DNA of 64,000 nucleotides from Mayamaea pseudoterrestris (Eukaryota), in NCBI GenBank assembly GCA_027923505.1, contig BROI01000015.1:62001-126000 (forward strand). The letters run 5' to 3'. The position numbers were made by a program, and so were the translations under genes. A model generated the notes under the pieces. That model ran no database searches. It was not told the origin of the DNA and worked only from the letters and a program-made list of their open reading frames with translations. The stretch's first letter is position 1, and each line of letters starts with the position of its first letter. This document shows positions 26,501 to 34,734 of the stretch, piece by piece.

Positions 26501-28094
26501 CACCCTTTCCACTCTTTGGAGCAGTCTTGGCCTTCCCTTTTCCATTTCCTTTGGGAGCGCCGCGCTTGTTGCTGGTTTTCACGGTCGTTGCCTGTGGGCA
26601 ATCGCGCTGATAATGGCCGGGCTTATGGCAAATGTGACAAGTCTTCTCCTCCTTTGCTCCCCTTCCGTTTGCCTTGGCTTTGTCAAGTTGAACAACGCCT
26701 CCAAAGGCAGGCGGAATGGCAGTCTTGTCGCGCGGATTCTTGGCGGGAACCCAGTCATTGGCCGCATGAATCTGGCGGTAAGCAGTATTAGCTACCTGCG
26801 CCAAATCCTTTAATGTTAGATGCTCACGCGTCATGTAAGCATCCTGATCCGTTGGAGTCATATTCGAGCAAGCTTTCAAGCCAATGACATGCTTAGCTTT
26901 CCAAGCTTTCATTTCGTCAATGAACTCCTCGCCGCCAGTGTTTTCAAGGCAGCGCTCGCCTCCTGCTTGGAGAAGGTTTTTCAACACTTTGGTGGTCAGG
27001 GAATGCGGATACTGACCCGCATTAATTAATGGCTTTGCTTTGATAATAAGCGCATCCATGTAGGTGGTAATGTTTTGGCCTGGCTCCGCTTGCGGCTTGT
27101 AGGCGGCGACTTCTTGTTCCACTTTCAAGTACCAGTCGCGGGATTGGTGAAGAATCATCTCCATTACTTGGAAATAGACGACACAGAAGCTATCCTGGGC
27201 GCTAGCGCTGGTATAATGATCCAGGCGCGTGCGAAGCTCCTCGTTGCACGAATTCTTGAAGAATCTAATGAGATCCTTGTCGTTGCCGCGATCATATTCG
27301 TCGTAGCTGGCGACGAAAGGAGCAATGGCTTCCTTGACCGACTCAATGCTCTCGAACAGCGAATAATATTGAAGGAAATTAACCAACTTGGTCTTGGTTG
27401 GATCGCGCGGGTCGATGACGTAACAATATGTGTCGTTGCCACAGAGCTCCGCCTGTTCCTTAAAGAGCATTTGTTGATGCTGCAAGTTGCATGTCAACGT
27501 AAACTTCGTTGGAAGTCCTTTCTGCCGCTCTTGTTGCTTTGAATCGTTCAAGGGACGAAGCATCAACGAGTTGCTTGGCTTGGCTCCGTCGGCGACTGGC
27601 TTTTCCAATCCCGACCAATCCACATTTGGTGGACCGCCGCCCATGCATGCCGCTCGCTCCTTGGTGGAGATTTGGACGACAGTGCCCATGATGGGTTTGT
27701 TTGGCGTGTACACTTGGACAGGTGCGCGATGCTGACGCAGCATCTCTTTGGCGATTTCGGAATCCATGTGTTTGGCGATGGCTTCGTCGACGACACGCTG
27801 TCGGTCACGCGCGGCTTCTTCCATTGCCTGACGAACGGCGTCATCGATGGCAGCCTGCTGCTCTTGCTTGGCTTTGAGCTGAGCAGCAATCTTCATCTGC
27901 TGCTGTTGTTCGTTATACAGCTGGCGAATTTCATCCTCGGCGTCTCGCTCAGCTTGGGTGAGCTTGGCGCGTCGTTCACGTTCCACCCGATTGATCATTT
28001 CGGTTCGCTGGACTTCGGCAGCTTGTAGGAGCGTGCGCTGGTCATCCGTCAACTGGACGGGAGGCCGTGGTGGTGTTGGCGTTCCTGGCGCCAT
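20529..28094 (-). CDS. Copia Gag-Pol polyprotein (2521 aa)
   Basis: Zinc knuckle CHICHKPGHYQRDC; protease IWDSGAS; pre-integrase WHFRLGH...CPKC; integrase ISVDHF/SDNGG/NGIAER; RT KKYKARYCVRGD, KSLYGL, FVDD; RNase H YVDADFAG, STLEAEY, EDNQGA, QLADYLTK. Confidence 0.96.
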   Translation of the reverse strand: MAPGTPTPPRPPVQLTDDQRTLLQAAEVQRTEMINRVERERRAKLTQAERDAEDEIRQLYNEQQQQMKIAAQLKAKQEQQAAIDDAVRQAMEEAARDRQRVVDEAIAKHMDSEIAKEMLRQHRAPVQVYTPNKPIMGTVVQISTKERAACMGGGPPNVDWSGLEKPVADGAKPSNSLMLRPLNDSKQQERQKGLPTKFTLTCNLQHQQMLFKEQAELCGNDTYCYVIDPRDPTKTKLVNFLQYYSLFESIESVKEAIAPFVASYDEYDRGNDKDLIRFFKNSCNEELRTRLDHYTSASAQDSFCVVYFQVMEMILHQSRDWYLKVEQEVAAYKPQAEPGQNITTYMDALIIKAKPLINAGQYPHSLTTKVLKNLLQAGGERCLENTGGEEFIDEMKAWKAKHVIGLKACSNMTPTDQDAYMTREHLTLKDLAQVANTAYRQIHAANDWVPAKNPRDKTAIPPAFGGVVQLDKAKANGRGAKEEKTCHICHKPGHYQRDCPQATTVKTSNKRGAPKGNGKGKAKTAPKSGKGALSKAIDDVHHYHAPWRRIAPSASQPSTIEKGGKTYHWCAHCNKWQLNHGTDEHTESKSAPAAAPNGGHLAWFDTPAAYLAIEDPSACAQAAADAKALALANDDCSLEEGEEDVIDEIASAMVDGEDAIASIVADDPMIIDEHTPAAIVAKLCNIERSPSDDRYESDVQFARNAAIQARELASGVNAPPAKIAKLNPAAPAWTPPSSPSSEPSAKRPTKPNKVLYRRSRSLSPSALSFVLMIGLICLVNSCSAARLVKRPASDLPVSHSTLSEAFFTVTRTVSSLVRSNNATETQALHTAVAQQFANTTAALGESLHLADQLGHSIMTVGCESLSLVHVIGRLIYHHWRLMVPGLLWLTLTSVAIALIFWKPPATPPRHSDRRHRRFYLHQDRRNRRSVSRYQRFRFLFHRFHRLRRFRKRVIPWFLRLQAKCLAFLRTILCRLPSNEGEPWHLHARRRGPARVQPRNRAQQHHRNGRNHGQRPRPSPNQAQRHRQRPRQGPDQSQVPRRRPASDQPWRPRTAHAVAVAPPLVINARAEALRSTFRQAQAANQVNEAYENIISDRLRAQEEDWNAWLNDTLLYQYEERHRIRNRDWRNDHWRNDPLITTPDGVTYFSRAHADRERQASRRQPFRFKTDKAPTPLPPPVPQASIQSIDPMPQEVFASVVFGDFSDFDDFGEAYQVSHLESAQPNIPTLSQSLFNNKYRKSPPAPPCKEKDKMLPVIWDSGASISISPSRDDFVGPIQPAPTVRLNGLFKDGRVKGKGFVAWSFLDNGGMLRTVKVPAYWIPEAKVRLLSMPGLLQQYPNEVIYADRRAIYLSGSVERVHKDGSITNDGVEAPIDPLTNLPTAIAYDLSGMPSSYSAGEAPLPPPGPGPGPAPAQQPPRGPPPADGPPSDGGASAPTRRPRREPRPPPSQSSTVASSNTNLSEAEKELLRWHFRLGHLNFKTIQFLMRGGTLANSESARRLHRACATLQPCPKCTACMYAKQRVRSSPGQTTKVVKDRVDALRRDNLLPGQRISVDHFVCSTKGRLFSSRGKTKETAMNTGGCVFVDHASGYVHLELQQHLNTDDTLRSKEAFELFCRDVGVIPLEYLSDNGGAFTSQGFSKHLTTFHQVSALAGVGAHHHNGIAERCIQTIMSISRAMLMHAKIHWPDVADVSLWPMVTKHAVYLWNKVPNLQSGLSPQDIFTRTRWPHSKFHDLHVWGSPVYVLDKTISDGHKLPRWQPRSHRCIFVGMSEAHASSVPLVLNPHSGAITPQFHVVFDDWFATVAVTESQMPDFASTEWYNLFGNTSLQYIPLDDEDEAIASAEFEPEPAVSTRADAVRDAFERHAPPRDLQVPPPAELPAPPSSAPSQEPAQAREPESPRELPIEVQDESSPPRELPADPSPSSVSNNESPRENPPAPTATPSTRRSSRASKKPSRLSYDASGAQIESVCDASFVSYFAAFNIAAPALYKAAASDPDTLTWDQAMADHAHVKHWQAAAEKEIQSLESKGTWTEVPKSEAKTKILPGTWVFRRKRSPDGTIKKYKARYCVRGDLQEGDFETYAPVVAWSTIRLMLILALNLNWYACSTDFASAFVQAELHDPVWIHLPRGFHTSKGSGMCLRLLKSLYGLTVAPRLWFEHLKAALIKLGLKQSYFDPCLFYGKNLVMCCFVDDSIFVAKTSKLVDAFIEKLRALGFELTKEDSLCEYLGIKMERDDKAGTITLTQPGLIDKIVASANMTNCNPTLTPTSLLALGSDPHGPGMKETWGYSSIVGMLLYLSINTRPDIAYAVSQAARFNAAPKQSHAAAVKMIVRYLKGTRNHGTVIKPTGTLALDLYVDADFAGLHRREPDELPVSVRSRTGYIILLSGCPLVWKSQLQTEISLSTLEAEYSALSFALKTLLPLKRILSEVIAVLDVPSPLKTSIKARVFEDNQGAYYLAINHKLTNRTKYFLVKFHWFWSHYKRGEFEVLKVDTTNQLADYLTKGLPRDSFIKNRLAVQRN

Positions 28095-28192
28095 GGTTTT
28101 GACTCGAGTGTGATTAAAGCTTTGGCTTCTGTCTTAGTTGCTTGCTTGGGCGTGCACTCCCTTGGCAAGACGACGAACTGCAGAAGAACCGT

Positions 28193-28205
28193 GGGGCTCG
28201 TAACC
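28193..28205 (-). promoter_or_regulatory. Primer-binding site, half-tRNA-iMet (copia/Ty5) type
   Basis: GGTTACGAGCCCC directly after the 5' LTR; resembles the GGTTATGAGCCC/GGTTATGGGCCC PBS complementary to the tRNA-iMet anticodon arm, with one mismatch. Confidence 0.7.
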
Positions 28206-28512
28206 AGTGAAGATTTCCAGCGACAGCAATGGCTGCACTAGCAAATGCTTCTCACTCAATAGGATTGAATGGAGACTGTTATTAAGAGCAACAACAAGAG
28301 CAAAGGACTCGAGTAATTGCAACTGCTACAACAACGAAGGCGTTGGTGATTAACTGAGAGGATTTAATTAACTGCTATTGATTTACCTCGCTCGCCCATC
28401 GTGGGCATCACGATTGCTCGTCCACGATGCCGTTGGGGCGTCAACTTACACATATAGTAAGAGAGGTGCTTGCACCTCGGTAGGAAGGTAGGATACACCT
28501 TCAACTTCGACT
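28206..28512 (-). repeat. 5' LTR (307 bp)
   Basis: Begins AGTCGAAG at the satellite junction and ends CTTCACT just before the PBS; contains a TATA-like CTTACTATATGTG. Confidence 0.88.
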
Positions 28513-31500
28513 ACTGGTGACAAGTTGTCACCAATGTCATTGCTGTCCCCTGAGACACTAGCCAGGCATACCATCTTGTAGCGCAGCCTGAATAATGATG
28601 ATGGCACCAATCTGGTGTCATTTGGGTATATTCATGGCCTGCTGTAGGGGCGTTTGAATGTCACAGCATCCGCAGGCTGAGACTGGTGACAAGTTGTCAC
28701 CAATATCATTGCTGTCCCCTGAGACAATAGCTAGGCATACCATCTTGTAGCGCAGCCTGAATAATGATGTTGGCACCATTCCAGTGTCAATTGGGTGTAT
28801 ACATAGCCTGCTGTAGGGGCGTTTGAATGTCACGGCATCTGCAGGCTGAGACTGGTGACAAGTTGTCACCAATATCATTGCCGTCCCCTGAGACACTAGC
28901 CAGGCATACCATCTTGTTGCGCAGCCTGAATAATGATGTTGGCACCATTCTGGTGTCATTTGGGTGTATACAGGGCCTGCTGTAGGGGCGTTTGAATGTC
29001 ACGGCATCTGCAGGCTGAGACTGGTGACAAGTTGTCACCAATATCATTGCCGTCCCCTGAGACACTAGCCAGGCATACCATCTTGTAGCGCAGCCTGAAT
29101 AATGATGTTGGCACCATTCTGGTGTCATTTGGGTGTATACATGGCCTGCTGTAGGGGCGTTTGAATGTCACGGCATCTGCAGGCTGAGACTGGTGACAAG
29201 TTGTCACCAATATCATTGCCGTCCCCTGAGACACTAGCCAGGCATACCATCTTGTTGCGCAGCCTGAATAATGATGTTGGCACCATTCTGGTGTCATTTG
29301 GGTGTATACATGGCCTGCTGTAGGGGCGTTTGAATGTCACGGCATCTGCAGGCTGAGACTGGTGACAAGTTGTCACCAATATCATTGCCGTCCCCTGAGA
29401 CACTAGCCAGGCATACCATCTTGTTGCGCAGCCTGAGTAATGATGTTGGCACCATTCTGGTGTCATTTGGGTGTATACATGGCCTGCTGTAGGGGCGTTT
29501 GAATGTCACGGCATCTGCAGGCTGAGACTGGTGACAAGTTGTCACCAATATCATTGCCGTCCCCTGAGACACTAGCCAGGCATACCATCTTGTAGCGCAG
29601 CCTGAATAATGATGTTGGCACCATTCTGGTGTCATTTGGGTGTATACATGGCCTGCTGTAGGGGCGTTTGAATGTCACGGCATCTGCAGGCTGAGACTGG
29701 TGACAAGTTGTCACCAATATCATTGCCGTCCCCTGAGACACTAGCCAGGCATACCATCTTGTAGCGCAGCCTGAATAATGATGTTGGCACCATTCTGGTG
29801 TCATTTGGGTTGCCGTCCCCTGAGACACTAGCCAGGCATACCATCTTGTAGCGCAGCCTGAATAATGATGTTGGCACCATTCTGGTGTCATTTGGGTGTA
29901 TACATGGCCTGCTGTAGGGGCGTTTGAATGTCACGGCATCTGCAGGCTGAGACTGGTGACAAGTTGTCACCAATATCATTGCCGTCCCCTGAGACACTAG
30001 CCAGGCATACCATCTTGTAGCGCAGCCTGAATAATGATGTTGGCACCATTCTGGTGTCATTTGGGTATATACATGGCCTGCTGTAGGGGCGTTTGAATGT
30101 CACGGCATCTGCAGGCTGAGACTGGTGACAAGTTGTCACCAATATCATTGCTGTCCCCTGAGACACTAGCCAGGCATACCATCTTGTAGCGCAGCCTGAG
30201 TAATGATGTTGGCACCATTCTGGTGTCATTTGGGTGTATACATGGCCTGCTGTAGGGGCGTTTGAATGTCACGGCATCTGAAGGCTGAGACTGGTGACAA
30301 GTTGTCACCAATATCATTGCCGTCCCCTGAGACACTAGCCAGGCATACCATCTTGTAGCGCAGCCTGAATAATGATGTTGGCAATATTCTGGTGTATTTT
30401 GGGGACCTACAGGGCCTGCTGTAGGGGCGTTTGAATGTCACGGCATCTGCAGGCTGAGACTGGTGACAAGTTGTCACCAATATCATTGCCGTCCCCTGAG
30501 ACACTAGCCAGGCATACCATCTTGTTGCGCAGCCTGAATAATGATGTTGGCACCATTCTGGTGTCATTTGGGTGTATAAATGGCCTGCTGTAGGGGCGTT
30601 TGAATGTCACGGCATCTGCAGGCTGAGACTGGTGACAAGTTGTCACCAATATCATTGCCGTCCCCTGAGACACTAGCCAGGCATACCATCTTGTAGCGCA
30701 GCCTGGATAATGATGTTGGCACAATTCTGGTATCATTTGGTTGTATACATGGCCTGCTGTAGGGGCGTTTGAATGTCACGGCATCTGCAGGCTGAGACTG
30801 GTGACAAGTTGTCACCAATATCATTGCCATTGCCTGAGACACTAGCCAGGCATACCATCTTGTAGCGCAGCCTGAATAATGATGTTGGCACCATTCTGGT
30901 GTCATTTGGGTGTATACATGGCCTGCTGTAGGGGCGTTTGAATGTCACGGCATCTGAAGGCTGAGACTGGTGACAAGTTGTCACCAATATCATTGCTGTC
31001 CCCGGAGACACTAGCCAGGCACACCATCTTGTAGCGCAGCCTGAATAATGATGTTGGCACCATTCTGGTGTATTTTGGGCACCTACAGGGCTTGCTGTAG
31101 AGGCGTTTGAATGTCACGGCATCTGCGGGCTGAGACTGGTGACAAGTTGTCACCAATATCATTGCTGTCCCCTGAGCCACTAGCCAGGCATACCATCTTG
31201 TAGCGAAGCCTGAATGATGATGTTGGCACCATTCTGATGTCATTTGGGTGTATTAAATGCCTGCTGTAGGGGCGTTTGAATGTCACGGCATCTGCAGGCT
31301 GAGACTGGTGACAAGTTGTCACCAATATCATTGCCGTCTCCTGAGACACCAGCCAAGCCTACCATCTTGTAGCGCAGCTTGAATAATAATGTTGGCACCA
31401 GTCTGGTGTAATTTGGGCACCTACAGGGCTTGCTGTAGGTGCGTTTAATGTCACGACATCTGCGGGCTGAGACTGGTGACAAGTTGTCACCAAATACATT

Positions 31501-31768
31501 GCCATGCCCTGAGACACCAGTCAAGCAAACCAACTTGTAGCGCAGCCACAATAATAATGGTGGCACCATTCGGGTGTATTTTGGGCACCTACAGGGCTTC
31601 CTGTAGGGGCGTTTGAATGTCACGTCATCTGCGGGCTGAGACTGGTGACAAGTTGTCACCAAATACATTGCCATGCCCTGAGACACCAGCCTAGCCTACC
31701 ATCTTGTAGCGCAGCCTGAATAATGATGTTAGCACCATTCTGGTGTCATTTGGGTATATACATGGCCT
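28513..31768 (-). repeat. 169-bp satellite, reverse polarity, homogeneous variant subfamily
   Basis: Reverse complement of the left-hand monomer with diagnostic changes (ccaatatcattgccgtcc, acactagccaggcatacc, gtcatttgggtgtatacatggcc); 169-nt period. Confidence 0.97.
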
Positions 31769-31769
31769 A

Positions 31770-31786
31770 GTTAGGGTTAGGGTTAG
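31770..31786 (+). repeat. Interstitial telomere-like tract G(TTAGGG)2TTAG
   Basis: gttagggttagggttag lies between a broken 169-bp monomer and the 172/180-bp repeat. Confidence 0.75.
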
Positions 31787-32502
31787 TGGGTTGTTGGGTG
31801 ATCAGGGGACGGGACATTGTAGTGGTATGATTCCATAATTTGGGGTGTTGGCCACACCCATTTTGCAGATGGTGTAGGCCTCCAGGCAGTCCGTTTTGCA
31901 CCATTTCAGCCCATCCTCATGTCAATGGCACACCCTGGACATGTTTTGCCTGACTCATTGGGTTGTTGGGTGGCCAGGGCATGGGGCATTGTAGTGGTAT
32001 GATTCCATAATTTGGGGTGTTGGCCACACCCATCTTGTAGACCATTCCATGCTGTAGGCCTCCAGGCAGTCCGTTTTGTACCATGTCAGACCATCCTCAT
32101 GTCAATGGCACACCCTGGACATGTTTTGCATGACTCATTGGGTTGTTGGGTGATCAGGGGACGGGGCATTGTAGTGGTATGATTCCATAATTTGGGGTGT
32201 TGGCCACACCCATTTTGCAGATGGTGTAGGCCTCCAGGCAGTCCGTTTTGCACCATTTCAGCCCATCCTCATGTCAATGGCACACCCTGGACATGTTTTG
32301 CCTGACTCATTGGGTTGTTGGGTGGCCAGGGCATGGGGCATTGTAGTGGTATGATTCCATAATTTGGGGTGTTGGCCACACCCATCTTGTAGACCATTCC
32401 ATGCTGTAGGCCTCCAGGCAGTCCGTTTTGTACCATGTCAGACCATCCTCATGTCAATGGCACACCCTGGACATGTTTTGCATGACTCATTGGGTTGTTG
32501 GG
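31787..32502 (+). repeat. Second tandem repeat: alternating 172- and 180-bp units (352-bp dimer x2)
   Basis: Units start with tgggttgttggg at 31787, 31959, 32139, 32311 and 32491; units 1 and 3, and 2 and 4, are near-identical. Confidence 0.93.
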
Positions 32503-33175
32503 CAATCAGCACGGGTGCTGATTGCCCTCCGTCGCCCAGCTGTTTCTTTCCGCGGTGCATGGCTGTATCCAGTGCAGCTGCCCCTCAGGAGGCAGCGATG
32601 TCCATGTGGTTGCGTATGCGAAATCACCCGGAAACTCCGGGTGCCTGAGCAAGAAACCACGTCATCGATGATGACTGGCAGCGAGTCCTGTCTTGACAGG
32701 AGTCGCCTCAACCCGGGTGGGTGGGTGGGACAAACAAACAAACAAGCTGGCTAGACAACAGGGTTGGCAAGCAAGCAAGCAAGAGGAATGAGAGGCATCG
32801 GCTGGGGATCGGCAACTTGGTCTGTGGTTGTCCGTCCTCCATTGATGTCGCATCTGACGTGTCCCGAACCATCGATGATGTGTGTATCACTCAGAGTGTA
32901 CTCATAAGGTATCTTATGAGTGTCCCCAAGGCAGTCTCCTCTAAACATCCGCCCTGAGCCGAACAATCAGCACGGGTGCTGATTGCCCTCCGTCGCCCAG
33001 CTGTTTCTTTCCGCGGTGCATGGCTGTATCCAGTGCAGCTGCCCCTCAGGAGGCAGCGATGTCCATGTGGTTGCGTATGCGAAATCACCCGGAAACTCCG
33101 GGTGCCTGAGCAAGAAACCACGTCATCGATGATGACTGGCAGCGAGTCCTGTCTTGACAGGAGTCGCCTCAACCC
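32503..33175 (-). repeat. 3' terminal split direct repeats B1-A2-spacer-B2 of YR element copy 1
   Basis: B1 and B2 are 212-bp direct repeats; A2 (234 bp) matches A1; a 15-bp spacer lies at 32715-32729. Confidence 0.93.
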
Positions 33176-33432
33176 ACACGACACCAGCTAGCTGGAGGAA
33201 GTCACGCCACACAACAACAAAGGCCGTGTGGCGAGAACCGCGAAAGAAACAAAGAAGAAAGAAAGAAGAACGAGAAGAGAAGGAAACCCAGTGGCTGAGA
33301 TCCTACCCGCTCCCCACGTGATGGGGGAGTAGCTAAAGGCGAGGAGCGCACAAACCCGTCGCGCACACGTGCGCGCGAAAGATCCGGATGCAAATCTTTA
33401 GCTATGACCCGTAATTCTATAACTGAAATGTC

Positions 33433-34734
33433 TTATAATAAAATGGCGCCTTCAATGGCCTTTAAGGTCAGGCGTCCAACTTCGTGGGTACTTTCCCGCA
33501 GGTAGTGTTGTACCGACGGTGGAGACCAGCGTAGTCGAAAGGCAATCTCCTCAATGGAGAGGCCTGCGTTTTGCAAAGCCACTGCAGCTGTGACTCGATT
33601 CGAATGAGCCACAATGCTGGTGATATTCTGGCGCAGAAAGTGGTTTGGGTCGGGGTATGCTCCAACCACCACCTGCCGCATGACTTTAATGATATCGCGC
33701 GACTGCAAGTACTCGTAAGCGCCAGTGGCATCTTTACGAAAGACTCCAAGCGGCTCACGAAATGCTTTCTTGTGTAGTTGTTGGGCGCGGGAAAGGATGG
33801 AAAGACTCGCCGCTATAGGGCAAATGAAAGGATGGCCCGACCGACGATACCGACGAATGGTGAAGTTGTGTTGGCTCTTATCGTATCGAAAACGTAGGCG
33901 CAATTCGTATGCCTGGCTGCCATCTTGCAGGAGTGCGCTATGGCTAATGAGCACGTTGTGTTTGGAGTAGAAAGTAAAATCCAAGTCGACAAAGGCAAGT
34001 GGTTGGTGCGCCCATTCGCCCGCGTCTTGGGTTGGCGGTACCTTGCTGAAGCAACCGCGTTTCGCTGTAGTCTGTGCGTACTCGTTTGCCCTGGAACCGG
34101 TAAAGGCCCCGAGGCAAGTCCAGTCGAAGACTGCTGCCTCCAAATCAAGCGCATGGCGAACGTCTGTGTGGATGAGGCGCTTGAGTTTGGAGTAGAGGAA
34201 CGCAAACATACTGTGGGTGTATGGCTCGCGCTTTTCCCGCGCATGTTGCCACTTGCGGCGACTGGACAAGATATCATCTAAAACTGGATGAAGGCCACTG
34301 CCGCGAGGGTCATTGATGGAGAAGCGCCGATTGAGTGCAGTTTCAAGTAGTGCATGCGCCGCTCTGAGGTATCCACTGAGCGTCTTCACCTTGAGCGGCT
34401 GTGGTTCATCAGTGCTCTGTCGGCGCAGCGCCCGTTTGTCCACTGCCAAGGATGTCTCGCCAGAGGAGACAGCATATAGATAGCTGGCTAGGACCGGGAT
34501 TTCTTGCCCCGGTGCGATTGACGCGAAAGACTGGTCGTTGAATCCTGCTTTAAGACTCCATTTTCCAAAATGCGAGGCGCGCTGGTCAAACGTGCGATCG
34601 TTGTGGGACCGAATGTCTCCTCGTTGGCGGTGTTGTTGATCACTGACGAGATAACTGTAAGCAGCTTGGACTCGACCAGGAAGACCTTGCAATTGGCTAA
34701 CACCTGCGTTTCCGGCGAGATAACGGATGCCCAA
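33433..34734 (-). CDS. Tyrosine recombinase (true start uncertain; overlaps the 3' end of the RT/RH ORF)
   Basis: Catalytic motifs GSRANEY (R), RYDKSQ (K), AHSNR (HxxR), LRWS...VQHYLR (W, Y); CPI motif typical of DIRS-type YRs. Confidence 0.93.
   Translation of the reverse strand: MGIRYLAGNAGVSQLQGLPGRVQAAYSYLVSDQQHRQRGDIRSHNDRTFDQRASHFGKWSLKAGFNDQSFASIAPGQEIPVLASYLYAVSSGETSLAVDKRALRRQSTDEPQPLKVKTLSGYLRAAHALLETALNRRFSINDPRGSGLHPVLDDILSSRRKWQHAREKREPYTHSMFAFLYSKLKRLIHTDVRHALDLEAAVFDWTCLGAFTGSRANEYAQTTAKRGCFSKVPPTQDAGEWAHQPLAFVDLDFTFYSKHNVLISHSALLQDGSQAYELRLRFRYDKSQHNFTIRRYRRSGHPFICPIAASLSILSRAQQLHKKAFREPLGVFRKDATGAYEYLQSRDIIKVMRQVVVGAYPDPNHFLRQNITSIVAHSNRVTAAVALQNAGLSIEEIAFRLRWSPPSVQHYLRESTHEVGRLTLKAIEGAILL

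Larger units (their letters stand above)
20214..28512 (-). mobile_element. Ty1/copia LTR retrotransposon, near full length and recent; 3' LTR lacks its last ~15 nt
   Basis: Two direct repeats (20214-20505, 28221-28512) identical except one mismatch that I could see. They flank a single Gag-PR-IN-RT-RH ORF in copia domain order, with PBS and PPT. Confidence 0.96.

Noticed and set aside
28670..28715. Hammerhead ribozyme in the satellite (CTGAGA followed by a stem-loop)
   Set aside because: Lacks the CUGANGA spacing and the GAAA after the stem; the core cannot be completed.
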